Part shown: piece after piece, positions 27,080 to 55,865 of the stretch
How positions within the stretch are numbered: the first letter of the stretch is position 1
How the letters are laid out: every line of letters starts with the position of its first letter
Position numbers and translations under genes: made by a program
Notes under the pieces: generated by a model
What the model was told of the DNA's origin: nothing
Seen by the model: only the letters and a program-made list of their open reading frames with translations
Database searches by the model: none
Assembly (NCBI GenBank): GCA_051362555.1
Contig: CM120643.1
Location: 28,524,848-28,588,847 of the forward strand
From: Lingula anatina
Lineage: Eukaryota; Animalia; Brachiopoda
Direction: 5' to 3'
Length of the DNA: 64,000 nt

Positions 27080-27165
<86 letters not shown>

Positions 27166-27212
27166 TTCTTTTTTAGCATCAGAGCCTACATCACTGACTC
27201 CACACATTGATT

Positions 27213-41031
<13,819 letters not shown>

Positions 41032-43275
41032 GAACATATTACCAAAGCATAATAAGGGTCCACCTTGACAAAGTAACAACATAATTCTTTTGCTCTTGCA
41101 CTGACTTGAAGATTTCAAAGTATCATAGTAAAATAAAAATTCCTGCATGTTAAACGTGATAAAAGAAATCCAAAATTAGATTTACCATGAATATAAACAC
41201 TCTGACATATATAACCTTGCCTCTTACCACTGCTTCACCCCTGCTAAACACCTGTTTATATACATCTCTTTCATTTTAATAAATCCAAAATGGCTGCCAA
41301 CAGATAGAAAAAACATTATTTAAAAAATATTTAGCTTTTTAGACATACTGTAGAGTTCATTACACAAAGATGTCTCCTGTCCTACATATAGGTACCATTT
41401 TGTGTGCAATTATATATATAGTTTCACAAGATGGCCGCCAAATCCAATAGAGAGATATAATAACAATTAAAAGTTTTTTTTTTCGTAATACATTTTTTTC
41501 ACTTCTGGTTCACAGTCGGTGTAAAGAAGTATAAGGCAAGATGATACAATCCACTAACCAGAAATATCACACTAATGCAAATAAACAAGTCATTATCCAA
41601 TACTTGCGTTTTTATTCAGCGTCTTGATGGATTGTTTTTATTAAATCTTACCAATTGTACGACCAATGAATATTAAAGAATCCAGTTTATCACCATACCA
41701 CATAACTGCTATTCGGTGATTCCTGTCCATCAGTGACAGATAATTCGAAAAATAAACTTCCACCAACTTTCCTCCAAACCTGAACGTGCCCATTACTTCT
41801 GCCAATACTAAACCTGCTCTCATCTGAGAGCAGTATCATCGTTCAGTCGTTGACTGCCTGGTGTCTGCTCGGGATATCTTATAAACCATCATAATCGTTG
41901 AAGACGGACCATTCCCCGCACCAAAACGCAGCAGATACTCCAGCGTAGTAGTCTAGTGCAATCACACTGCAAGCATGCCACAAATCTGCTTCGGTTTGAG
42001 ATAAGGATGAAGTATATATTTCCCAGCAGTAGCATTCTGCTGCAATCATGCTTCACAAAACCACAGTAGAAATGAAGCATAATGCTTCACCGCAGTAGTA
42101 CAATACTGCATTTCTACTCTGCGTGCAGCAGTTTCGAAGTAGCATGCGTTACGGTAGCAGTCTTCTACTTTAAATATACTTCTTATCGAAGTAGAATTTC
42201 AGCAGCCTGGTTTGATAACCATTTGGTTGCTTCTTTTCTACTACTCTGAGTCGATTTCACACCACAATCTACTTTAAAAATGATCAGCGCTTTTCCTTCT
42301 ACTTCATATCTACTACGTGGACTCGGTTGTTTTGTTGGCTAACAGGTCACTACTTCAAGTCTACTGAAAAAACATTTCAAAAATGATCAGCACGTTTCTG
42401 TCTACTTCACTTCTACTATGTGGACCTAATCTGTTAGTGAACAGCTTTTGGAACGCTTGTTTCATTTCCAGTGGCTCATTCTTATCAATTTATCGCGCTC
42501 GTTGATATGAAGTTACAGGGGTAATAGGTAAAAGCTTTGTTAAATACGTTAGTACCAAAGAAGAGAATGGTTTCAATAATGTGATATTATTAATATGAGT
42601 AACTATATGTCATCCATATTGAGATCAAGCTGCTTAAGCAACCCTGCGGGAAGATTTTAAAAAAGCGCCGTAGATGTTTTAAACATGTTTTAAACATTTT
42701 TTCCTTTATCATTTTGTCAGTTTAATAAACACATGCATTACAGTTTTGAAAATATACTGATCTAATTTTAAAAAGTACTTTGCATTTAATACAGAATAAC
42801 AGACAGCTTGCCTTCACTATCTGGGTCAGAGTTAGAGAGGTCGTAAACAAACACATTTTCCATTAGGCTGACTGGTAATTTCATATTTTCCGAATGCGTT
42901 ATACTGGTGTCCATTATCGTTTCTAGCGATAATTAAGTCTCTATCAATACATAGATGTTTGAAGGAAGTTTGAAAAAAAAAACACCTCATTTATATATAA
43001 GATAAAGGGAAGTTTGCAAGAAAGATGAAGTTTTCTGTCGAATTTGCAGCATATTTGAAAAAATATGAAGAAAAAGAAAGCCTACAATTTGCAAAAGCTT
43101 GCCAGTGACGGACTGTTTGAACGGCCTTTTTAAACAATCGATGCTACTGGTTTTTCAAAGAATCAAACTAATCAATATAACAAGCGCCTTATCCTTTCAT
43201 TCCCATCATCATTTTGACACACTGTTTTTTATTAATGCTTCATGGGTTTGATAAAATGACGACCTAATTTTAAAG

Positions 43276-45510
43276 GTACTGTGTATATATTACAAAATAA
43301 CAGACAGCTTGCCTTCACTGCCTGGGTCAGAGTTAGAGAGGTGGTAAACAAACACATTTCCATTAGTCTTACTGATAGTTTCATATTTTCCTAACTATTA
43401 TACTGGTATCAATTGCCATTTCAATTGGTAGGGCTTTAGCAATACACATTTGATCTATGGCTATCCAAAACTTATTAAAAATAATAAAGGCTCAGGAGAC
43501 GTATTCTGTAATATTAGTTTTGGATAGCAATTTGATAATATGATGACAGAAAGAGTATTGCGTATCAAACACAGAATAACAGACAACTTGCCCCCACTGT
43601 CAGAATCAATGTTAGAGAGGTTGTAAACAAATTAAATTTCAGTTAGTCTTACAGGATCTTTTATATTTTCCTAATACTGGTATCCATTACCATTTCAACT
43701 GGAAGGCCTATATCAGTGTGCAGTTTGTATAGGTAAATTGATCAATTTTGTCCAAATATACTAAAAATACATATGTATGTTAATCCCCGATATAAATTCA
43801 ACAATCTTCATCTCACTCAGCAACATAAATACACACATGAGTTCAGATAAGGATATCTAGACCAACATTTTGTAGTTCAGGAGGAACTAAAATGTGCATA
43901 GTGACTTATTGCTTAATATTCATTAGAGGATAGCGGTCGTAAGTCTTAATTATCTTCATTTCTACACAATATTAAAGCAAAATATTTCTTCCAAAATTTT
44001 CGGTCACATTCTTACCACCCTGAGTGTATGTTGTTATAAAGTATAAAGCTTCAATGCTGGGTACAACATGAACTATTTTAATGTATGTTCTATATCACTA
44101 GTCAGCAAGATGGACTTCCATCAGAATATCGGAGGATCGTGATAGAAAAGAGGGAACGGGTCTATAATTTCCTCGCAACGTGGTCAGATGTGCGATGATG
44201 TTAAAACTGCAGATTTACAGATACGCACATGAAGCCAAATTCATAATTAGTGTTTTATCTGCTGGCCAAGGATAAATTCACTTAATCATAGCGTGCTCCA
44301 TACCCTCTACCATGGCCACAGCTTGGTATTTCACTAGAAATTCACTGAAATATTGCTGGTTGTATTTCATGACCCTATTCTCTTCACCATTATAAAATAT
44401 TAATTGAATCCCTATGCGCCAGCAAAATGTACATATACTGTATACACATTTATGTCTCCTTGACCGAAAAAAGTTCAATACGGTGTCAGAAAAAAGCATT
44501 AAAGTAACAAACACAATAATGATGTTCGAAATTTGGCCGATGCTGGCCGCTTTTATTGTGACTCCTTCTAATAAAATGAAAAGAAGTAATTTTAGACGCT
44601 AAAATTGAATAATTAAATTACGTAATTTTTACGCCTGAAAAGACTTTATATTATATATAATTCCCAAACAACATAGTTCAGACGTTTTAATTTGTGGGGT
44701 TGCAAAGAGGCCGAGAAGAAAACTCCAGACAACGACCGGACGAAGCACGTCGGTTGAATTTGAATTAAATGACAATCCAAAAGGAGATTGAGTAAGAAAT
44801 GTAATTATTGTCGTTTAACGGGTCAACGATGACGTGTCTTAGGAGGAAGGTCATTAGGAGGTACAGGGGGCGCTGTATTCACAAAGCAGATCACGTGAGG
44901 AAGGAAAACGATCATTCGAAGTCTAGCTACGCTACTGTACAGACATTCCAGTTTATTCCAAATAAAAGTTTTTGTATAAAAACATTTGTATAAAGATAGG
45001 GTTTTTTTACGCGTTATACAATTATCAGATTCATATAAGTACGAACTGTACCGGAATTGGAATTAGGTTATGCGGGAAATGTAACTGGTGACGGAGCAAA
45101 CGTTTGTATGTAATATTGTATCGTCTGTACACAGGCAGAGGCACATCGACTCATTCCTATTTATAAATAAATGATTTGGTGTTTGAAGATGAAGTGGTTT
45201 TATTCGTTGAGAGTTATTAGACGATAAATAATTTATATACATTTAAGAGTAAGCGAATTAGAATATAAAGTATGATTATGCTGTACATAAAACATATGTT
45301 CATTTCTTACGGGAAGAAGAAAAAATTTCTTTTAAAAATATCTGAGATTGATGTATCAGTTGGATTGTTATAATCGACAGTAAAACAGTTTGGCCTTCTT
45401 GTTGTACAAATTTAAGTATTAATTTCTTAAAATGTCTTATTATCCACATGTTGCCGCATTTATTTATTTCATTATATAATGAACACATTGATATCAACGA
45501 CAGATACGGA
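43276..45510 (+). pseudogene. Remnant of a deleted paralog: upstream promoter region plus 3' end, gene body absent
   Basis: 43276-44250 matches the gene 2 upstream region (19737-20720) but stops before the TATA box and exon 1. 45285-45510 matches the gene 3 last exon and 3' region (56115-56430) with the acceptor TTACAG changed to TTACGG. Confidence 0.5.
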
Positions 45511-45531
45511 TAATGGATCATGTAATAATAC

Positions 45532-45608
<77 letters not shown>

Positions 45609-45939
45609 AATAATTTGAGAAATATAAAATAATTATTGATTCAAAGGAAAACAGAGAATTAAGTGTGAACTATTTTTCTAAAATATTACTTTAATTGTAT
45701 TTAGTAAGCTATATATATACAATTCAATGAAATGTATACCATTAAATATATCTCTATTTTTTTTTAATTTTGCTTTCTTAATATAAAGGACCAAGAATGA
45801 TAAAAATGTTTTATATCACATTTCACTTCATTTAAGGACTGTGAAGCTTAACCAAAATAAATAAGTATTATACCCAAGAAGCAATTTTAATTATCTAATT
45901 AAATTAATCAAATTAAATTTTATTTAGTTACAACTCCAA

Positions 45940-46195
45940 AGCATCCTCAATACATTATCAAAAGAAAGCGAGTAAAGGGGACTGGAACTGAATACCATGA
46001 AAACGGAATGCAAGGTTGTATCAAGGAAAATACAAATACCCAAATGCAACATCAGCTGCAAAGGAGTTAATATCAAACAAGTATACCAATATAAGTACAT
46101 CGGTTTCATGTTGAGACCAGATGCAAAATGTAACAGAGAAATTCAAAACGCACAGCAATGGCAAAAGACGCTTTCAATAAGATGAGTCCAGTACG
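45940..46195 (+). mobile_element. RTE-clade LINE fragment
   Basis: GLELNTMKTECKV...IKQVYQYKYIG..DAKCNREI, the post-YADD region typical of RTE RT. Confidence 0.65.
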
Positions 46196-46689
46196 GTGCC
46201 GTTGAATTGTTTTTGACATTTTATAGGTGTCATTTCAAATTTTAGTATTTGTGATTGTGATATTCCTAAAGATTAAAACAGTATCTTGATTAGCATCATA
46301 ATGAATAAAATTACAATATGTGCATTTGTGTTATTCCGTCTTCACATTATGCAGCAATCCAACTTAAGTAGTGTTCGATGCTATAATGCGCTACGTTTTC
46401 TGAGGCTTCAATTTAGCAGGTGAGTACAATCGTCATTGCAAATGGCGATTGATCGCTGTGCTTGCGTGCGGTCGCAATTTGTGGTATTTTCGAGTTATGG
46501 AGCCCTGCCGTAACTCGAAAGAAGCGCGCATTTCGACCGAGCGCAAGCGTCTGGATTTCATAACTCGCCATACTCTCCAAAGCGTTATACTGATATACCT
46601 TACCAGTGTTAGAGAGGCCGTAAACAAACACATATTTCATTAGTCACACTGGAAGTTTCATACTTTCCAAAGCATTATACTGATATACA

Positions 46690-49600
46690 TTATCAGTGTT
46701 AGAGAGGCCGTAAACAAACACATATTCAATTAATCCTACTGGTATTTCATGTTTTCCTAAGCGTTATGTTAGAATCCATTACCATTTCAAGCAGTTGAGC
46801 TGTTTTAATGTACAGTTGAAATAAGTAAACTGATCTATGGTTCTCCGTAAATTACATTCGAAGTTTTAGGATGAGTTTTATGTCTGTTAATGTTGGACAT
46901 TAACCCACCACTCCTCTCCTTACTCGGCACCTGACACTCGAGGGGGGAGAGATCTGAAATGGCATTTCGACCAACAGGAACGTTAAATGTGCTTAGTTTA
47001 TTATTCTTTTTACTTCGTCAGAGGATTATGACCGTGGGTTTAAACATTTTGCAATTTACACACAGTACTGGAGCAATATGCACATCCCAAAGCTTTCGGT
47101 CACACCCTGACCTTCCTCATTGAATATTATTACGAGATTTATAGCTTCAGCATTGTGTAGACATTGAAAGTTTTAAAATATGATCGATATTAATAAACAG
47201 CATGTGTATGGGGTTTCATAAGAATATTAAAGGACCGTAAAACGGAATCAAAGTCAACTTATATAAAATCTACACTAAGGGAAATATAATATTTGCATCA
47301 GATAAGGAACACGTGTGGCAAATTTGCCGCAAATCGAACAGTTTGCAATGAAGTTTGCAGGTTTATCTAACAAAATAACAGTTGCAGGTTTATTAATTCT
47401 CTGTGGGAATTTTGACGTTTACTTGGTATTTGCAAGAAGTTTACAAAAACTTTGAATTTATCTAACAGTCTGTGATAAATTAACGAAAAGCTTAGATATT
47501 GTCTAACAATTTTTGAGAAGTTCGCAAAAACCTAGGCATTAATCTTGCAGGTTGTGAAGAAAATGCAAGAAACCTATAAGTTTACTTACAGTTTGCGAAT
47601 AGTTGGAAAGCAACATAGAAGTTTTGACAATATGATACTAATTCAAAGAGTACTGCGCATCAAATACAGTATAACAGTACAGCCTGCCTTCACTGTCTGG
47701 GTCAGAGTTAGAGAGGTCGTAAACAAACACATTTTCCATTAGTCTTACTGATGAGTTTTATATTTTCCTTACTATTATACTGGTATCCATTACCATTTGA
47801 AGCAGTAGGCTGTATCAGTGTACAGTTGAAATAAACAAACTTAAAAAATTACATAGAAAGGCTAAAGATGCGTCTCTGTTTGTTAACTTTGGAGGTTAAC
47901 CCACCACTTCTCATCTTACTCAGCACCTGACACTTGCCGGGGGGGGGGGGGGGGGGGGAGGGGAAAGAGAGAGAGAGAGATCTGAAAATGGCATTTCGAC
48001 CAAAAACCTTGCGCCGGCAGAGACGTAAAATATGCTTTGTTTATTATACTTCTGACTTCATCAGAGGGTTATAACCATGGGTTTGAATGTTTAGCCAACT
48101 GTGCGCAGTACTGGACCAATATGTACCTCACAAAGCTTTCGGTCACACCCTGGCCTTCCTCATTGAATGTGATTACGACATACATAACTTCAGCACTGCG
48201 TAGAAATTGAAAGTTTTAAAATATGATCGATATCAATAAGCAACATGCGTATAAAGTTTCATCAGAATATGGCAGAACCATGGAACTAAAGCAAATTCAA
48301 CTAATATTACAGCTACCCTTAGAAAAAGCCAAACTTTGAAGCAAACAAGCAACAAATCTAAAGCAAAAGTGCCACAAACCGAACAGTTTGCCTTGAAATT
48401 TGCTGTTTTTTTTTTTTTTAAGATAATAATTGCAGGATTTTTAGTACTTTGTGGGAAGTTTGAGGTTTATTTGATATCTGCAACAAGTTTACAAAAACTT
48501 TGTAGCTAACAGTTTGTGAGAAGTTTAAGAAAAGCTTAGACACTGTTTAACAATTTGGGCATTATTCTTACAGGTTGTGAAGAAAATACAAGAAACATAT
48601 AAGTTTACTTTCAGTTTGCGAATAGTATGAAAGAAAAATTGAAGTTTTGATAACATGATGATATTTGAAAGAGCAGTGTGCCTCAAATACAGTATAACAG
48701 ACAGCTGGGCTTCTCTGTCTGAGTCAGAGTTAGAGAGGTCGTAAACAAACACATTTTCCATTAGTCTTACTGTAGTTTCATATTTTCCTAACTGTTATAC
48801 TGGTATCCATTACCATTTGAAGCGGTAGGCTGTATCAATGTACAGTTAAAATAAATAAACTTATCTATGATTCTCCAAAAATTAAATAGAAAGGCTAAAG
48901 ATGCGTCTCTGTATTTTAATTTTGTAGGTTAATCCACCACTTCTCACCTTACGCAGCACGTGACACTTGTCGGGGAGGGGGGGGGAGGGGGGGGGAGAGA
49001 GAGAGACAGATCTGAAAATGGCATTTCGACCAACAACCTTGAGCAGGCAGAGACGTAAAATATGCTTTGTTTATTATTTTTCTGACTTCATCAGAGGGTT
49101 ATAACCATGGGTTTGAATGTTTAGCCAACTGTGCGCAGTACTGGACCAATATGTACCTCACAAAGCTTTCGGTCACACCCTGGCCTTCCTCATTGAATGT
49201 GATTATCAAATATATAGCTTCAGCATTGCGCAGAAATTGAAAGTTTTAAAATATGATCGATATCAATAAACAACTATCCTGAGTACCAGGGCAATGTAAA
49301 GCTGGCTTGCTCACTATACCTTTTCATGTGTTGGCTTTACAGTACCACTGAAGAATAGTGCTCTGCAGTAATTATCCAAATTGAGTGAAAAATGAGACGA
49401 AAAACAGGTTTAATTTTGCTTTATTTATTTTTATTTACTGTGTTTAAGATTTTAATTGAAAAATAAGTAATACATTAAAAAGGATATTTCATATGTTTTT
49501 GTATTTTATTGCCTATCAAAAAAAAAAAAACATTTATTCCTGAAGATATAAACACAATAGACGTGATTGCCGTGTGCCAAGTTTGACAGCTGTAGCTGAT

Positions 49601-50100
49601 ACCACTATAAGGAGTGGACAATGGTTATAAGAATAAATCGATTTTTAAAGCAGTGCTTGTGGTGTGGCACTGATTTCAGATTGCGAGGTATTCTTAGTTC
49701 TAAATTCAAACACTTTGCTTCTTTGTTCTTTGTCTCGATTGTATCGTCTGCACGAGACGACGTCAGCTCAAGGCGGGAAAGGCAGCTGAAGGCGGGACAG
49801 AGCTGTGACGTATGAGAAATGTGACTTCCAGATATGGAAGCGCCCCAGGCAAAATTTTGCTGAACAAAATACCGTCCGATAGTGTCAGTATTGGTGATCT
49901 GAGTTACATATGGAATCGAGATCGAGCTGGTAATACCGAGGGTTTAAACAACATGTGGTATAGAGTTTCATCAGAATAATAAATGACAGTGGATCATAAT
50001 CAAAATAAATAAGTACATGTATAATATCTAAGCTAGAGAAAATACAAAGTTTGCATCAGACAAGCAACACATTTCTATCAGAATATTAGCGGGCCGTGAT
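46690..50100 (+). repeat. About three tandem copies of a roughly 1.03-kb upstream unit
   Basis: Anchor ATCTGAAA(A)TGGCATTTCGACCAA at about 46952, 47980 and 49010. One related copy at about 61970 upstream of gene 4. Confidence 0.88.
49275..49944. mobile_element. Non-autonomous DNA element with 8-bp TSD (superfamily unassigned)
   Basis: TAAACAAC at 49267-49274 and 49945-49952. The neighbouring tandem units (about 48237, 62221) lack the insert. Imperfect TIRs TATCCTGAGTACCAG / CTGGTAATACCGAGGGTT. Confidence 0.72.
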
Positions 50101-50204
50101 ACAGAAAAGCAGGGGTGGATTAGAATCAGTGTCCCTGCAACTTGGAGGCGTAAAAGACCATGTGGTAAAGGGGAACCAATAAACAGAATTATTCAAATGG
50201 GAAC

Positions 50205-50340
50205 TACTGTCATTGGTTGGTTGTGTCAAGTACCGGTATATGATGAGGGACGGCTTGACACGTACTGGAAGTCTATTTAGTGAAACAGACTTGTTCGAGA
50301 AGTCTCATTATCCAAGCTGACTTCAGTTAGTGAAAACGAG
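50205..50340 (+). promoter_or_regulatory. Putative core promoter and non-coding exon 1 of gene 3
   Basis: ATTGG (reverse CCAAT) at about 50212, TATTTAG at 50274, Inr-like TCATT at 50305-50309, donor AAAACGAG|GTAAGT at 50340/50341. Confidence 0.6.
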
Positions 50341-50994
50341 GTAAGTTTTGTCTTGTCGAAAAAATTATTTTATCAGTGCTACTCTCACTTTTAATTTATG
50401 GTGGAATTTGCGTTTTATACAATGTACCTAAGTGTGAGACATTGGGGTCATACTTATTATGTTTTCTATGCAACCATTTATAGGTACTTGGGTACGTGAT
50501 AAAGTAGTTATTTTCACATTTTGATTGGGAAAAGGCAGCAATGGAAAATGAAACACAGGCGAATGGAACATACTAGATTAAATAAAACAATACGAATATT
50601 AAACAAAATCACTTCGGTCACTTGATTTAAAATTTAACAATATCAAATTAACCAGGACAATAACAGCAATCATTGATTATTTCATTTGTTCAGCTAGATT
50701 TTCAGCATAGAGCTTGATCCTTAATTTGCTTTTCTTTCTTATATTTATATATATTTCATAAGTTAAGGTGAATTGCCAAGTAAATTAAGTTTATAAAATA
50801 ATTATAAAGTTGAAAAGAAAAAGGAGAGCGAGAGTTTAGATTTAAATATCAGAACATCCATGTGTGAGAGACGAGACTCAAGCTACTGGATGAACATACC
50901 AACATCTTGGTCACCTTTATCAAACATTTCTCACGGCTGAAATCCTGTTTTATTTTAGCATAAAAGTACAGATCACTAAATCTGCTAAGGAGCG

Positions 50995-53900
50995 ATGATT
51001 TTATTGATCTTCTCCAGCCTTGTTGTGGGGTTGATGGCGATTGGCAATTACAGTTATGTTCCCGATGAAACGTACTGTAAGTCAAGTTGAGAGTACTTTT
51101 ACCTCATTTTTTCTTTAGGGGCTGGAAATGAGATTGACAAGTTGTAGAGCATCAAGTAAACTTATTAATATGTGTCCGATGTGGATAATAATTTTGAATT
51201 AATATACACAAATACCTGTGTAATTTAAGCACAAATCATGGGTTGTGTTATCATAAAAATAATAACAAATCAAGGATTAATTATCAATCCAAGATACATT
51301 TCAGTAATTTGAGCTATGCAAACTGATAGAGAATGCCTAGCACGTTATTACCTGTGCATTTATTTTCAGTCGGGTGCTGGCCCAACCCCTGCGCAAATAA
51401 TGCGACATGCATAGAGGGTGAAGATGCAAATCCACTTGTCTATTACAAATGCAATTGTACCGAAGGTTATTACGGATACAAGTGCACCATCGGTAAGTCG
51501 TTCAGGACTGTTGAAGTCCGCATATCTGAAAACTGCTTTTGGACTGGCTTTATACCAACTTATAGTTCTACATTGTTTTGCAGAAAAAACAAAAATTCAG
51601 GACAAAAAATTACGATCATAATAAGGAAATTATTTGAGCATCTTTTTTATCTAAAGCAAACCGGTAAGCAGTCTTTTTTGCAGACAAAGAAAATCCCAAT
51701 ATGCACCTCTGTATGCAAATAGACACCACAATGATGAATATACACGCACTGTATATAGTTGGGTGTGCATGATTGTTTATACTCTTTTAAAAATGTCGCG
51801 GCCATTTTGGGTAATGAAAAGTGCTCAATGTCCCAGAAGTTAGTAAAATCTAAGTTGACTTTTCTGACCTAAAAGACTATTTTTTTTTCAAATAATTACA
51901 AAAATAACATAGTATTGTTCATCTTTTGGACCCATGGGAGTGACAACTTGAAGGGCTTACGCCCTCACCTAATGTCAAGCAACAGGTTATTGGCTAACAA
52001 AAGATCAAAATAAAAAGAAAAATCACACATGCTTTTAGTTAGACTAATTAAACGAGAAATATGATAATTTCACTGTAATTCTTCTTATTATTATCATTAG
52101 CAAATTTGCAACCCGAGGGTTGGATGAATACATTCTTTGCATCATAGTTGAATAAAACCATCAGTAAATAAGAATAAAAGAATATGAAAATAATTGTTTT
52201 GGCGGCCATTTTGTTTTTTCAATAACAGAAATGAATTAGTATATACTTAGCTATCTTATTGTGTTCTTCCGACAAAAAGTACATTTACACGAGCCACAAA
52301 TAAAGTATATCCGTCGAATTCTGGTTGTTTTTCTATTTTCCCTCAAAAATTGACGGCCATATTGAAAATATGCAATTAATAACTCAGTTAATTTTGCTTT
52401 TCTAACCCAAAAGGATACATTTCGGTATTAAAAGTTTACTGGAAAGAACATTGCCGAGTTTGGCTATTGGATTTTTTGGAGTGGGTGGATTTTCGTCATG
52501 TTGTATTGTGCAATACCACTACTGACGTCATCAGTGAGTGTCTTAAATTTATTCATGCTATTATAATTAACGTTGGTAGTGCTCGTTTTTGTGAAATTTG
52601 GTTAAGCATAAAAGTGATGAGTCAGCAAACATGTATATAATAAAGCTGTTCGTTATATTTCCACAAATATATCTCTGGTTATCATTCATGAAACGATTCT
52701 CTGCAACAGAAAGCATTATTTACTGCATCTGTATGCGCCAGCACAAACAGGCGAAAATGTACATTAACTGTAAATATAGATTTGTAGGAAACAGGTGACA
52801 GTAGGTAATAATACAAAACACTAAGCTATAATATGATATATCAAATTCATGGTATGGAATAAAGGGAATCGGAGAAGACTGATTGTGCCCGGAAGTGACG
52901 TGTAGTGGTGTTAGAAGCGAAGCTGAGTGGTTATTTTAACCTGGAGGTGAACGGGAGAGAAGACGTGTAGTCGGAGGAAAAAGAAGTTTTCTAAACAACC
53001 TGGTAAGATAACTCTCTTTTTTTACGCATTTTGGGCAGAGAATACTTGTAGCAATAACAGATGCATGATATGAAAACGTGACACGGAACTTGAAGGTGCA
53101 AAATCGTGCTTAATTTGCGGTCAACTTGTTTTGAAATAAATGCTGCATTGAACGACAGCGCGACAAAGAGCGTTAAGGGAAAATAATTCCTGGGAGTCTA
53201 TAAATCGTTGTCATGTGGAAATTTGGCATTAATATAATCTGATGTGTCCATATCTAAGTATTTTGGGGTGTTTTATGGTATGGGCTGCAATTATAACAAT
53301 GTTATAGAGGTCTTGAAGGACCTTATGAAAACCAGGAAGTAGTTCGTAACTAACAACTGAATCGTACCGATCTCCGACTGCTGTGCAAAGCTGTATCTTT
53401 TTTCAATATTTTGACGAATTTTTAGATCTTTATCTGACATGAAATTCCACACATATGATCACACTAATACACCTTTTACACTGGGGGAGGAGCTAATCAG
53501 TGACAAATGCCAAGACAAAGGTGACATTTTGACAGCCTCTTATCTGAGTTTAAAATCACTGACAAAAGAGACTGGCAACCAGTTTCCTCAGGCTGGCAAT
53601 CATTAGCCTATAGAAATTGGTCATGTTATATCTTATCTACCTGTGAGAATCGTTTTACCAAATGGTGCTTTATAATACTTCATATGTGAATGCGTTTATG
53701 TAACTAAAAATCTTCTTTTAAGGATACATAAGAAAATTTGATTGGAATATAAAATCCGAATAACTTAACTCTAATTATGACAGTGTTTAAACAATTTCAT
53801 CATTTTTTTGCACAAAAATATGTAGTAATTGTTTAATATAAATATAACATTTACTACATGTATATATTAAATCAACAATAATCAAAACCCATGTAACTTA

Positions 53901-55816
53901 TGAGAGCAAAACCATTACAGATGACAGAATATATTTTTTCCTGTCACTAAGTATAGCCCCTCGCCACCACCACCCTGAAAAATATATATACCTGAAATGA
54001 CATCCCTACATCACGCTTGATGTTCACTATCCACTGCTTTTTCAGTTTTTCATCTACTGGAAATGTATGGAAGGACAGCTATGTTCCATCTTAAGAAAGT
54101 GGGCCTACACTGGGGCAAAGAGGCACACAACATTTCCTGAGACTCAGTAAAATTAAAATTAGTAAAATTAATACTGAACAATTAATAACAAATGAGCTAC
54201 TGCACAGCAATCAATGTGCAAGTCAAGACCATTTTGACAGGTAATAAGCTGTAAGATGCCATTAAATGCCAGTCGCGTACTTGTGATTTTTAGCTCAGAT
54301 AAGAGGCTGTCAGAATGTCACCTTTGTCTTGGCATTTGTCACTGATTTGTGCCTACCCCAGTGTAAAAGGTGTATTAGTGTGCTCATATGTGTGGAATTT
54401 CATGTCAGATGGACATGTAAAGATCTAAAAATTCGTTGAAATATTGAAATATTGAAATATTGAAAAAAAAGCTTTGCACAGCAGTCGGAGATCGGTACGG
54501 TTCAGTTGTTAGTTACGAACTACTTCCTGGTTTTTACAAGGTCCTTCAAGACCTCTATAACATCGTTATAATTGCAGCCCATACCATAAAACACCCCAAA
54601 ATACTTAGATATGGACACATCAGATTATATTAATGCCAAATTTCCGCATGACAACGATTTATAAACTCCCGGGAATTATTTTCCCTTAACGCTATTTGTC
54701 GCGCTGGCGGTCGATGCAGCATTTATTTCAAAACAAGTTGACCGCAAATTAAGCACGATTTTGCACCTTCAAGTTCCGTGTCACGTTTTCATATCATGCA
54801 TCTGTTATTTCTACAAGTATTCTCTGCCCAAAATGCGTAAAAAAAGAGAGTTATCTTACCATGTTGTTTAGAAAACTTCTTTTTCCTCCGACTACACGTC
54901 TTCTCTCCCGTTCACCTCCAGGTTAAAATGACCGCTCAGCTTCGCTTCTAACACCACTACACGTCACTTCCGGGCACGATCAGTCTTCTCCGATTCCCTT
55001 TATTGTATTTATTAACTTTCCTTTGAGAAACAAAAGTTAGATAGGATAATAATAGTGGTAAAATTGACTGGATGAGGTGCAGTTTAGGGAAACATTCTTT
55101 TATCATAAACATGGCCAGTGCAAAGAAGGTGCCGTCCCTTTCACATTTTATGAGCTTAGTCAAGTTTTCTTTGTATAGCAACACATATTAATCAAAGGGT
55201 CTGTTTTTCCTACCATTCGATGTGGCTTACTTACCCCGAACATACAGGTGGGAACTCTATCGTCTGTTGGGTTGCAGATTATTTTTTTTCTAGGTATTCA
55301 CAGTCATGTCTCTGATATACCATGTGTAATTGTGTGTATATCGGTTTATGCTAGCGCATGAAATACAATAAATATAATATTATGTTATTCCCAGCTGATG
55401 TTCTGCATTTAGTATCAGATAAAGCTCTAGCAGTGTGGCCGTTGGCCGTTTTAAATAAATATTTTATCTGATATCATTTTTTTTAATCAATATCATAACT
55501 AACATATTTGATGTGATTACCCCTGTAAGCCAGCCATATGATAACCCCGGTTCAAGTATGAGTTAGAAGTCTGCCTGACGCCAATTTACACCTTTTTTTT
55601 ACTTCTTTACAGTTGAATGTGGGAAAAATGCTGTGTGCTTTAATGCTACTAGTGGTTTACCCGTGATTGAGAGAAATGATGTATGCGATGAAGATATTGG
55701 TCTTCACTGCAAATGCATAGATGGATTCGTAGGCGACGGGTTTACATGCACCAGTAAGTTTCATGAAGGCCTCAGGTTGCTGAAAATTCAGACGTCTGGT
55801 ATAAAAATCAGGGAAG

Positions 55817-55865
<49 letters not shown>

